Below are positions 21,251 to 34,400 of a stretch of 64,000 bases of DNA, in pieces; positions within the stretch are counted from its first letter, which is position 1, and each line of letters begins with the position of its first letter. The stretch covers positions 1,116,001 through 1,180,000 of the forward strand of contig NC_134034.1 of assembly GCF_964204645.1 (NCBI RefSeq), written 5' to 3'. This DNA comes from Tubulanus polymorphus (taxonomy: Eukaryota > Animalia > Nemertea). A program made the position numbers and the translations under genes. Under the pieces are notes generated by a model. The model saw only the letters and a program-made list of their open reading frames with translations. It had not been told where the DNA came from and did no database searches.

Positions 21251-23729
21251 CGAACTTTTTTCAAAAACCTACCAAGCATTTTATAATCCAAATAGATCGG
21301 CAAAAAGATTTTTACGAAATTATTCTGAAGTGCTATTTCACTGATACTCCATTGAATGCTGCTGATGATACTGATATAAAACCACTGTATGCACATATAC
21401 AGCAGTTATTGCACCATCAGTAACATGTTCGAACATGTTCAAACTTGTTGATGCAAAAAGCGCGAGAAAGGCCGAAGCAATTAACTGCTTACATAGCCAG
21501 GCACGCAGGGTGGGTGGAGAGTGGGAGGTGTGAGTGGAGGCACGGTGGGTGGGTGGAGAGTGGGAGGTATGAGTGGAGAGAGGAGGAAGAGGTACTGACA
21601 GTCAGAGAGAGAGAGAGAGGAGAGAGTGAAGAGAACGCCAAAAAATTCCGTATCTCGAATATTTTTTCGTGATTATCGATTAAGGTAAATAATCTAGTGC
21701 TGGTATCGGGAGGGGGAGGGGGTAATGGGGGATGAGGGGGTTAACGCCTTCAGTTATTTTATCACTACAGAGTTTATTGATCATCGATATTCTGCTATCC
21801 CCCGCAGGCTAAACGTACCCATCATTGACAGTTCAACTAACGCACAACTATTCCAATGTCAATGAATGCTACAGATCACATACAGTACTGAAGAGACTGA
21901 CCTGAATTAATCAAATCTTCAATTTGATGATGTCATAGGGGGATTTATGGATGTAGTCATCTATTCTAGAAGTGTCTATAGATCAAATCACTAGTAGAAA
22001 ATTTGATGATGTCATAGGGGGATTTATGGAGGTAGCCATCTATTCTAGAAGTGTCTATAGATCAAATCACTAGTAGAAAATTTGATGATGTCATAGGGGG
22101 ATTTATGGAGGCAGACATCTATTCTAGAAGTGTCTACAGATCAAATCACTAGTAGAAAATTTGATGATGTCATAGGAGGATTTATAGAGGCAGACGTCCT
22201 TCCTGCAGATAAAATCGCTCGACTATCTGATGATGTCATAGGGGGATTTATGAACGACATATTTTCAGGATGGATGAATTTTTTGCCTCGATCACCCGAA
22301 CGCAGCGCTCGGTTTTTATCAAAGACAAGTCACGCGGAAAATGTCGGAAAATGCATTCGCTTCTTTTTAATCCACATCGACGCGAAACGAGCGGAAAAAA
22401 TCTTATTTATACGACGAGCAGAAATATTGTTGGTATGCGAAACAGGCGAGCGATGTTTATACAGCTAAATTACTTCATAGGGGGGCAGACGCGTGTCAAA
22501 CAGCGCCATCTACATTAATTACCTACACACGAAAATTTTCTAAATATTCGTGATCTTGGAACCACCCACAGAAGAAAGGGATACTCCTAATACCGCGATT
22601 CGGGATTCTTGGAGCCACCCGCTAAAGAAAGGAATGACTCCTAATATCGTAGTTTGGGTATTACTGGAACCACCCGCTAGACAATGCGATGATGCCTCGA
22701 AATACTTTATTTTGAATATTCTTTGATCGTCATGGAGTCATCCGCTAATGAAAGGGATGACTCCTAATACAATGATTTGGATATTCTCAGAGCCACCCAC
22801 TACAGCTACATTCAATCAAAGCTAACAACATTATTATTCTCGATTTAGAAACATTAAGCAGCCGCAGCAGTGTGCGTCTGCTGCAGCAGTGTGCGTCTGC
22901 TGCAGCGGCTGTAGCAGACGGATTCAGAGAACTGAATATGAACATCGATTATTTCTGCAGCACCTGCGATTATTTCATTGTTTTTTACCGCGCGAACACC
23001 TCGGTCTCCTGCGATGCATAGTTTCACGGGTGGGCTGCGGTAATTACACGTACCACCCTGGTGGTTCACGCGGGAACCCCCTCCCCCAGAGAGAATTCTA
23101 TATTCACTGATTACCTCATCTATCGCTGCAATCGCAGCCTATAAATGGGTATACGGCTAATATTTGTTATCAGTGACTAATCATGATTTCAATGAATTGT
23201 TGAAGTCCATATTTGGGGTAAATCTAAACTCATAGATTTTAGATCTCTCTCCCACTCTCCTCTCCCTCTCCCTCTCCCTCTCCCTCTCCCCCTCCCCTCC
23301 CCTCCCCTCCCCTCCCCTCCCCTCCCCTCCCCCTCCCCCTCCCTCTCCGTCTCTCTCTCACTTTCTCTCTCTCCTCTCCCTGCTCTCTACCTCACACTTC
23401 TACTCTCCTCAATCTCTGCCTCTCCCTCCTCTCATATCTCATTCTCTCCCCTCTCCCTCTCCCTCCTCTCATATCTCAATCTCTCCCCCTCTCCCTCTCC
23501 CTCCTCTCATATCTCAATCTCTCCCCCTCTCCCTCTCCCTCCTCTCATATCTCATTCTCTCCCCTTGTCTGTCTCATCTCTCTCTCTGTTCTCTATTTAG
23601 ACATGAACTCATCATCAGTTATTTCCGGGTTCACGCTCTGAACCTGATAAAAACACCTGCTATTGTTTACATATGATTAACACTTGTTTGTATACATTCA
23701 CATGTACAGGTAATACTTGTAGGTAGACA

Positions 23730-24145
23730 GAACCTATCGACTATGTAGTGAGGTACTGTGAGGTACAGTGAGGGACTAGGAGCAGATAATAACTGAGACT
23801 GAACCTATCAACTATAGTGAGGTACCGTGAGAGGGTAATACCCGAGGCTGAACCTCTATCAACTATAGTGAGGTACAGTGAGGTACTGTGAGGGACTAGG
23901 AGCAGGTAATACCTGAGACTGAACCTATCAACTATAGTGAGGTACCGTGAGAGGGTAATACCCGAGGCTGAACCTCTATCAACTATAGTGAGGTACAGTG
24001 AGGTACTGTGAGGGGCTAGGAACAGGTAATACCTGAGACTGAACCTATCAACTATGTAGTGAGGTACAGTGAGGTACTGTGAGGGGGTTATACCTGACTG
24101 AACCTATATCAACCGTGAGGTACAGTGAGGGGCTGTGAGGGGCTA
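23730..24145 (+). repeat. ~119-bp tandem repeat with GTGAGGTAC subunits
   Basis: About 3 units visible. Confidence 0.8.
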
Positions 24146-25039
24146 TGGTTCACAGTCAGTAAATTCCTATTGAGTCATGTTTATTCATAAATAACATTAT
24201 AAGAATACTTCAAATTCTCTGTCTCTCATTCTCAATCTCATGCAGGGTAACCGAGTAATTTCTGGGAGTGACTTAAAAGTTATATAAGTATTGACCAAAA
24301 ATTGACAATGTGGCATCGATTTTTGAGCATAATTAGCCTTCATGTAGTTTAGTGATCAAATGTTTGAACCGATGGCATTGAATTCCGAACGAAATTTCAT
24401 CCATGGCATTAGAGTTTGACCAAAATTTATGCATGGCATTTTGATACATAAAATAGCTGCGCGTGCAGTGGCGCCGTGTTCCATGGCAACATAATTCTAA
24501 TACCAACACTTTCCACGATGATGGAACTGACTGCATTTGGTGGATAAAAAATTCAATCTTCCATCATAATAACTAATATATACCCATCCCTGCATAAACT
24601 ACCCCCATATTCGCTAGTTTTCAATGAAAATTGATCGGTCTTGTGAGATCGCCAGCAAACCTACGGTAATATCACCGCGTCCTTCCTAGCGGTTGAAAAA
24701 TATCGAGAAATTTCCCCTACCAAATGCCCCCCTAACCCCCGGAATCGCGTAAACTCATTCCGAAAATAACTGCAACGTCCTTTTCTTAGCGATGACGCAT
24801 AGAAATTCTAAGCCTATAACCTTTGATAGCGAACCCCCGGCAACAAGTGGAGACTTTTAAAACGGAAATTCCAAACTGACGTCTGCGACCTGCATATCAA
24901 CATAATACATCAAACCATCATTGAATGGAATAGAAAAAAAGAAAACAAGTTTTTACTGATATCGATATATAATGAAAGATCTTTTCAACAAAATACATGT
25001 AAACCCAAAACCATAACTTGTACTTCTAACTATATTACC

Positions 25040-25500
25040 TTGGGATTTACCCCTAGATAACCAGATGAACCTTGATACCCAGTCTATAAAACCAGGCCCA
25101 GGTTAAGGATTTGTCCCTTGGGATAACTTTGATACCCAGTCTTAGAAACCAGGCCAGGTTAAGGATTTATCCCTTAGGATAACTCTGATACCCAGTCTAT
25201 AAAACCAGGTCCATGTTGAGGATTTATCCCTAGGGATAACATTGATACCCAGTCTTAGAAACCAGGCCAGGTTAAGGATTTATCCCTTAGGATAACTCTG
25301 ATACCCAGTCTATAAAACCAGGTCCATGTTGAGGATTTATCCCTAGGGATAACTTTGATACCCAGTCTATAAAACCAGGTCCATGTTGAGGATTTATCCC
25401 TAGGGATAACTTTGATACCCAGTCTATAAAACCAGGTCCATGTTGAGGATTTATCCCTAGGGATAACTTTGATACCCAGTCTATAAAACCAGGTCCAGGT
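25040..25500 (-). repeat. 57-bp minisatellite
   Basis: About 8 units, reverse of 6235-6555. Confidence 0.88.
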
Positions 25501-26299
25501 AAAATTGAAACATGGTCTATGATAAAATTAGGCCCTCGTCAAGAATGACTATGATATCCTGTGTCTTGTAAAGCGAACACCTTGCTATGTTTTTTAGGTT
25601 TGAAATTCAACTCCCGACAACTCAAGGCGAGTTGAATTATTTATACAGTCCTAGCACGCGTTACGAGTGACGACTAATTCACGGGAACAAGTGCCATGTA
25701 CGTGACAAGAGAGAGAGAGAGAGAGAGAGAGAACACTGAACGTGTTGCACCTGAGAACGCTGCTGCTGCTGCTGCACCTATTCACACGTCAGATGCCTCT
25801 TTTGTTCTGTTCGTTTTTTTACATCAAAACACGTTTTCATTTCTGAATAATGGCGACGCAAATATTCTCACGAAATCACGAGTTTTCAAAGAGAGAGTCT
25901 TCAATCTTTAGACTGGTCTCCAGTTGTTAGATTAGCTTTAGAACTAAGCTGGTTTTAGACTCTGGTCTTCAGTCTAAGCCACGACCGCGGAACTGATCCG
26001 TACTGGACAGTTTCACAGAAATGCTCCCAAATCCTAGGACCGTCGTTACTCATTGGATTGCTGTACATGCTGTCAAACTAAGACGGTCTTCAGACCCAGT
26101 CTTAGTCGGCATCAAAAGTTGATATTCAGAATTACATTTATTTCTAGCATCTAAAGCACCTTCTGAACTGTCTCAAAAGACTACCAGTCTTCTGACCCCT
26201 AAATAGCAAATTGTATCGCCCCCTGGTGGATATTGGGTAGGTACATGATACTAAAAGTATCAGCAGTGCCCCCTGGTGGATATCTGTTAGGTACATGGT

Positions 26300-26405
26300 A
26301 CTTGTTTGTTTGTTTTTGGCTTTACGTGTCGTTTGGATGTTGGTTTCCCGAGACTAACCATATCGGATTGTTCATTGAACCTCACGACGGGACCACAGCC
26401 TCTGC
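26300..26405 (-). mobile_element. SINE-like 3' fragment with (CAAA)n tail
   Basis: Homologous to 37870-37980 in inverted orientation. Confidence 0.55.
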
Positions 26406-29400
26406 GAAGCTTACTTACTCATAGCATCAGCAGTGCCCCCTGGTGTGATATTCAGTCATCAAAAGGATTTTTAACTAATTTTGAATTCGACGAAATGTTA
26501 AGTGTTTTCAGAGCACGGATTATGTGTATAATTTTCCGATTGGTTGGGGACACGAAAAACTGCTGACGATAGCGATATATCTTGCATGGATACGTGAACC
26601 CAGCTGCCGTACGGTAGGGAAGAGATATGAATTCACTACAATGAAATCGTTGTGAATTTATCAACTGAGAAATCGTTGTTAGTTATAATTGAATGGAAAT
26701 AATACACGAACAGCAGCTGTATGCGGGAATCTATCGAGATAGTCATCGTTTAGAGATATACGCATAAGTGAGCAAGAGAGGGGGAGAGAGGGGGTGAGAT
26801 AGGGGGAGAGAGAGGAGGGGGATAGGGGGAGAGAGAGGAGAGAGGAGAGAGGAGGGAGGGGTGAGATAGGGGAGATGGGAGAGAGAGGAGAGGGGGAGAG
26901 GGGGAGAGAGGAGAGAGAATGAAGAGAATGAGAGGAGGGAGGAGTGGAGAAATAGAAGGGAGAGAGAGAGATAGAGAGAAGGGGAGAGATAGAGGGGAAG
27001 AGAGGGGTGAGATAGAGGGAGAAGGGAGAGGGGGGCGGGAGAGGAGAGGGGAGAGACCTATAGCGCCATCTCAATAATCTGGAATAAAAACAGCTGCGTT
27101 CTGACATGAACCATAATCGTCAATAGATTGCGAAATGATAGAGTTTTTATTCAATAATTCAATACTAGAAGTGTTTATTCGGCCATGAAATAGTTTGCAC
27201 ACATATCATCATCATCAATCTGAAAAAATTCAGATTTTCCAAACGTTGAAAATTCACAATTTTTTAGAACTCAGACCAGAGTATACAAATCGATGGATCT
27301 GTATACTAATAAATTGTGAGGGGTGAGCCAGCATCCACCCCCATCTCTATTTAGGGGTAGGGGGGTGGCAGTGGCTTCCCTGATTTCTCTTTCAAATCAA
27401 ACCACCGCCCGTCTAAGACACCATTTCACAGTTTTTTCTAGAGGACATATATTTCATAGTTATCTGCAGCAGTTCCCCCCCCCCCCCCCCGGCTGGAGTA
27501 CGCCGCACACCTGCTGCCGGTATTCAACACCTGATCCATGATTAGCTATCAATGAATTCACTGTTTAGGATTTGATAAGATTCAAGGTACACCAGTATAT
27601 CATTAACAACCAGTTCTAACAGAAATAATTCACATACATTTACGTTGAGACACATAGTCTGGGGCTTAACATATAGCCGCGTATGATTCCATGACGGTGT
27701 TCCAGGTTTACACAGTTGAAACTAAATACTTTAGACTAAAATAAGCTAACTCAGGTCTAGTTCAATGGTTGAAACTTAACATTAGACTGGGTTGATCTCA
27801 TTTTTGGTCTAATTTCACTGTTGCGACTTAAGATAAGACCAGAATAAGCTCATTTCTGCTGCAGCTTACTAGTCGAGATTTTACCAGGCTTAGCTAATTC
27901 AGGTCCTACGTTTGAAACATAAGATTAGACCGAGTAGATCTCGTTTCTGGTCCAGTTCCATAGTTGAGACTAAAGTTAAGACCAGGCTAAGCTCCTCATT
28001 TTTTATCCAGTTCCATAGTTGAGACTTGAGTTAACGAATGAATGAATGAAGTTTATTTAGACACAAAAGTACAGAGTAAAATACAAATACACACAAATAT
28101 ATATCAGTCATTAATGTACAGAAATGTGTCAAGGATTCGGTTAAGAATCAGGTATGAAACTTAACACGAGGAAATCACAGTTAACTGTCACAGCAGCATC
28201 CGACGAACACTTCCTCTCTCACCTTCCAACGCTAATAAAATCACTCTCTCTAAAATACACGACCACGACCTTGACATTTTGCGCGACCGCGTTAACGAAC
28301 ATACGACCTTGAGAGAATGAGAACCGCGAGGTGTCGGGTTGAGGGGCGAGGGCTGTGATCGAATTACAACATCTCTCGTCTCGTTTCAACGATTTCACTT
28401 AAGGCTTTTATTCAGTGTCAATTAGCTGCTGCTGCTGCTGCTGCTGCTGCTTTGGCAGGGCTGAGTACTGCTACTGCTGCTGCTGCTGGATTGTAGGAAA
28501 ATATGGACGGGTAAAAACATGGCCATGGATAAAATGGCCCAGAAAATATGGCCAAGTTAAAAAAAAGGAAAATGAATGAGAATTGGAGCTGGAACCATCC
28601 ACTGGCAATGTTAATAATGACATCAAGCTTTCAATAAACAACTTCGCCACTTTTCTGTTCACTTGCACAGGTACGGCATTAGATGATATAGATGATTTGT
28701 TTTCTTGGTAATATAGAGCTGCAATTGCTCAAAAGTTGGTTAAAGATAGCCGGTGTATAAATAGCATAGTAACAATGAACTTTCAATTGTCACTACGTCA
28801 ACTATCCACTGGTTTAAACTCTAACCAACTTTCGCAGAATTTTCAAAATCTAAATTCGGTAAGTGAAAGTCTTGTTACCGGCGAGTGGAGTGGCCAATCA
28901 CGCGGTGTTAAATTTCAAACAATAACCGCTACGAATGAATTAACATAAATTAAGTGTACTACAATTACGTGGAGTGTATATACAAATCTATTATTCAAGT
29001 GGTTTCGAATGCTAACAAAGAACAACAAGGGTTCAGGTGAGAGAGCGCGAGAAACCTGAGGGAAAGTCCATTGTTTAACATATGCGAACATGAAATATAG
29101 CCTGAAGGGGTTTAGGGTATAAACCGGGTTCTTAAACCCTGATTTATAGCATGGAAATACCGCAGGAAATTAGATTAAACCCGTTTATTGTTCTCGAGTT
29201 ATTTTGTTAAATTGCGCGTATCGCCGATTGCTTTTAGATGAAATCGCGCGCGCGCGCTGTCAATGACTCAATGACTCTCGAAGTCATCGTAAGTCATTTC
29301 GAGCGTATGATTTCAACAATCGAAATCCGAAACGCGGCCCGCCCCCGACACCCGAGGACGACGATCCCGATCTCAACAATGACGCCTCCATCGCTATTGA

Positions 29401-29858
29401 CGACCAGCGCGCTCCCTCCTGCGCGCACCATCGCGTAACCGATAGAAACGCTTTATATCGTTGTCGGTTAATTGACGCTACACGCTAAGACGCGTGCGTG
29501 CCGGGCACCCCGGAGCGGTGGCGCCCCCTCAGGCAGTTACACGCATCACATCTCATAGTTAGAATATTGATTAATTAATCAATATATTCAATTAATGACT
29601 AATTATAAATTGCAATTAGCAAATTATAAAATCAATAAATTCACTTTAGGAATATTTAGACTAAAAAGATAACTTTTTTGTAATTTTATTTTTGAATCTA
29701 CAAGATAGATGTTCAGTCCTTCTTTGAAAATGGTTTCTGACTAAACATGACTTAAAGATTAGACCGGGTTAAGCTCATTTCTGCTCAGTTCCACTCGTGA
29801 GACCTAAGTTTAGACCGGGTTAAGCTCTCGTTTAGTCCAGTTCCACAATTGAGACCTG

Positions 29859-29996
29859 GGGCCAGTTGCACAGTCGTGACTAAAGTCCAAAAGTGGTCTT
29901 AAATCTTAAGACTGGTCTCAAGTTGTTAGATTGGCTATAGAACGAAGTTGGTCTTAGACTGGTCTTAAGTCTAAGCCTTGACTATGCAACGGGCCC
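29859..29996. mobile_element. 138-bp MITE, same family as 4150-4287, opposite orientation
   Basis: CTG|GGGCCAGTTGCACAGTC...GACTATGCAACGGGCCC|CTG; identical length. Confidence 0.78.
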
Positions 29997-30319
29997 CTGA
30001 AGATAAGCCGAGAGATATTGAAACCGATATTTCAGGTGTTCAGTTCTCACATTCCTGGGGACTATGTCAGTTATGATATTTGTAACCAGGCCCTCCTGAT
30101 ATCTGAGAAATACCGGCGCACAATAAAGAGCTATGAGTTTTATTTGAACAGAGACCTGTTCGATAGAAGAATGATATTTGAAACAATGTTTGCATTTCTA
30201 CTTTGAACTAAAATGCACTGTGTACATTTCTATACGGCATTGTGGTTGTACTATGCATGTGTGGCATGGAAATATTCTCAAAATATACCTTAACTACAGT
30301 CGACTCAGCTGAAGTCTGA

Positions 30320-30742
30320 TCTGACTTGACAGTGATATCTGTTGGATGGTGCAGTAGACTCCGCTCAAGTCAGATTTTTAGACTTGAGAGTGATATCTGA
30401 GTTGGATGGTACAGTAGACTCCGCTCAAGTCGGACCCTTTGACTTGAGAGTGATATCTGAGTTGGATGATACAGTTGACTCCGCTCAAGTCTGATCTTTT
30501 GACTGGAGAGTGATATCTGAGTTGGATGGTACAGTAGACTCCGCTCAAGTCAGATCTTTTGACTTGAGAGTGATATCTGAGTTGGATGGTACAGTAGACT
30601 CCGCTCAAGTCTGATCTTTTGACTTGAGTGTGATATCTGAGTTGGATGGTACAGTAGACTCCGCTCAAAGTCAGACCCTTTGACTTGAGAATGATATCTG
30701 AGTTGGATGGTACAGTAGACTCCGCTCAAGTCTGATCTTTTT
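30320..30742 (+). repeat. 60-bp minisatellite
   Basis: 7 near-identical units. Confidence 0.92.
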
Positions 30743-30886
30743 TGGACTATGAAAATTTCTAAAAATGTTTTTACAAAAATTACCAAAAGATTTGTTCCAA
30801 ATATTCTAAGAAAGCTGCTGAATTCTAAGGTGCTGAGACCCACGACAAAGTTACAAGGAAAACACGTAAATTCTTCCAAAACTTAC

Positions 30887-31298
30887 CGCCAAAATTACTG
30901 ACTTCAATTTCGAAAAATCGTCCATAAAATTTCAAATCTAGAATTCCCGTCGTTTTCGTCATTGTCGTCACGGCAACCGCGTAACAATCCTCTAACGAAT
31001 ATCGGACTTCGTCGAATATTTATAAGTCAATTAACGTCGGCAGTGATTCCTCCGATTCCCGCGATTCCTCGATTCAGCGCCGACGTGACCGACATGGTAA
31101 ACACTACAAGTCGGCACGCGATCCGCTTCAGTTTTCGTCGCGTCGTCGAAAAAAAATCGACGGCGATTTCTTAAACGTGCGGATACGAGAAAATCCACGA
31201 CTCGGATCTCGAGAACTAAATCCTTCGTGTAGCGTTTACCGTGCGATTAGAATCCGAGTAGATCGTGTCAGTACGGTGAGAGTAGATCCAGCATCTCT

Positions 31299-31329
<31 letters not shown>

Positions 31330-31430
31330 GACACCCACTACTGCTGCAATGCCCTGCAGCTCTCTCCCTCCGTCCGATATCACTGATTCATTCAAACCAA
31401 CTGCATGCTGGGAGCCGACGGTTGATTGGT
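30887..31430 (-). promoter_or_regulatory. Candidate promoter and non-coding first exon
   Basis: CCAAT at ~31425, Inr-like TCAGT at ~31386, GA tract, CpG-rich UTR-like sequence, strong donor GCG|GTAAGT at 30887. Confidence 0.4.
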
Positions 31431-34400
31431 CGACTTCGGGCGCTGGAGAATATTAAACGGCTTTATTATTCTCGCTGCTGCTCGGCGCGCTCTGTGTGTG
31501 TGTGTGCTCTCACCCTGCGCCTTCTGACTCACATTTCCTACCATTCCTTTATTCGCTGGTCGCTTATTTCCGTCGACGCGCGTTTACGAGTTATTTTCGC
31601 GAGACGAGAAATTTCGCTACTTCGAAATCGTCAATTCCGTCTGCTAATGAACGCGTTTGAATATTCGCCGGGTGCTTATTTCCGCGATTGTCAAAATCTC
31701 ATTTTCGCGAGACGGTAAATTTCGTTACAAAGAAATTTTCAAGACGTAAAATAAAATTTTCGATGAATCTGAGGATTTGATTTTCCGCCGGACATTTATT
31801 TCCGCCATCGAAAACGCTACAAATCTAATGAGTCATTTTCGCTATTTTCATGAGACGGGAAATTTCGCTAGAAAGCAATTTTCGAACGCGAAATTACGTT
31901 TTCGAGGAATTAATGATAAAAAAGCCACAGTTTGAGTGAAGTACTTCAAAAATAGTCATATTACGTCTTATGCCATAAAATAGCTTTAACGAAAGCCTCT
32001 TTTGACTTGAATTATGACTTCAAATTTGAAATTGAGATGACTAAGCCGTTGGACTAGCGCGTGCGTGATGCTCGGGACTATATCACGGTCTCCGGGGTAT
32101 AATTAATGTGTGCTAATATCATACAGCGTTAATGGGTTTAAAACTTCATATGTTTCGAGCGTAGAAAATTGAAGAGGTTTTTTCCATTTAATCGAAGCTT
32201 TTAAACTTTGCATCGGCCGCCCGCGTTCATATTACGCCCCGTTTCCGAATAGGGTGGCTCCAAGATTCTTCGCTCTGATATTCGATCCCGGTCATGAAGC
32301 CGTCCGTCCATTTTTCTACTAGGCTGGCTCCAGGAATATCCAAATCGCGGCCATTTAGAGCAATCTCTTTCGCGAGTGAATTACCAGATCACGGAGCCAT
32401 CCCGGTTCTGGTTGGACGGGGAAGATTGCTTACACCCGAAACGCAGTGTCCGCGATAAGAAATTCTAAATGGGCTGCATTCATAGTTAAGTCTTTGACAA
32501 CTGAAGTAACAAGGCTTTTCATTCCCCAATTAAATACAGAAGATTAAGCGAAATTTTTAGTGAAGTTTTCTATTTTTCACATGAGCTCAATAAAGCAATC
32601 AGCATTGATAGAATATTGACATCCACTCTGGTAGGGGGCAGCAGAGGGGTTATAAGGGGTTGCTGATTTTCGGAGGGGGGGATGTGAAAATGGAAGGGGT
32701 GGCCGTACCTGAAACATGTCTGAAATTTCCAATCAAAAATTCTAAAACCGCGGCGAATAATTCTCCACGCGACCTCGAAATAATCTCTTCTGCCGAATAA
32801 ATTTTGAAACATTTCAAAAAAAAAAAAAAATTCCCCATTTCAAAATTAGAAAAGAAAAATTTAGATTTTTCAATCAGGTTTGGAATGCGTCGGTACGAAG
32901 TGAGAAATTGCGAGTCTGCAGCGAGGATAAATCAGGTCAAAAAGTTCACAGCCCTGAGAAGTGAATCCTGCGCAATCGACGAGGGGGGGAAGCAGGGAGG
33001 AGGGGAAGTGGGGGGTTCTTTACGATCGCCAGACGTATTTTCTCAAGGAAATCGTTATAAAACGTGATTACGTTCGTTAATAATTCATAAACGAGGAAAA
33101 ATATCAAAAACATCGTCGTCACGTCTGCCTTCGTCGTCGTTGTCGCGAGCAGACGGAGAGGGGTCGATGGGAACAGCGCCATCTGGTGATGGATACATGC
33201 GAAATCAAAATGAAAAGAAAATATCATTAGAGTAAAATAACTAAAATTGATTTCGTTGATATTTTTTGTGGCATTCTCTTTTCGTTGATATTGTTTCTAG
33301 TAATATTTCATGAATCCTAACAGGTTTTAGCGCTATAAAACCAGTCCCTGCAGGGTTAAAGCTAAAACTGATCTGATAAAACCAACCGCTGGGTAACGAA
33401 GTTAAAACCAGCCCAATTCAAACCATTTCCCGAGGTAACAAAGCCCATACCGTGGACGGCTTAATTCATTTCTAAGTTTATTTTCACTAGTTTAAACACA
33501 GGCTCGCACACACTCAGCAGCCATTATCAATAATGCAAGAACTTATTGAATAATTGTGAGGTGCAATTAATTGCTTTATTGTAATAATACGCACGACGTT
33601 GATGCTCTATTGAGATTAGAACGCATGAATAGGAAACCCTATAACAACCATTCAAATGCCTGTCGCCCGCGCTATAAACATTATAAAGAGTTTATAACAA
33701 TCGGCACGCTCGCCGCCGTGCTTATTACGAGTGGTTTGAACTAATGAAAGGTCATCGGACTTCGCAACTGCGCTCTATCGCCGAGGCCTACCGGGTTACG
33801 TGCGTGGAATAGTGAAAACCTGTTCGACGCGATGAAATATTGATTCGCGAGTCAAGCGTAGGTCATCCCTACGTTACCTACACCCGAAATACAATCGTGA
33901 GAATCTCGATTTAAATCGTTTTAATTGTTTCTCCGGTCTAAAATTAATTGATTCGTCAACGCGACGTCGTCCTACACCAGAAGACTCAATGAATTTCAAT
34001 TAAAGTTCGTCCCTCCTCCAAAATAAAATTCATTCATTGTTATCAGTTGAAGGCCTCAATATGATGTTATATATTACATAACTACTAATCAAATTTCCGG
34101 GGTAACAATCAGGAGGGGGTTAAGGGAATAGAAGGGTTACGCGGATTAGAGGGGGGGTTACACAGATTAGAAGGGGATACACGGATTAGAGGGGGTTACA
34201 CGGATTAGAGGGGGTTACACGGATAATCCCTAGTAGTGATATAAACCGGTGACTAATTAATTAAAATTCAGAATGAACTCTCCGTGGCCCCTCCAAACCC
34301 TCCTGCACGACCAAATCACTTCAGCCCAGTTTTATCTGGTCTCAACTGTGGACCCGGTCTTAAATTAGGTCAAGCCGGTCTTATCTCGATTAATATGGAC

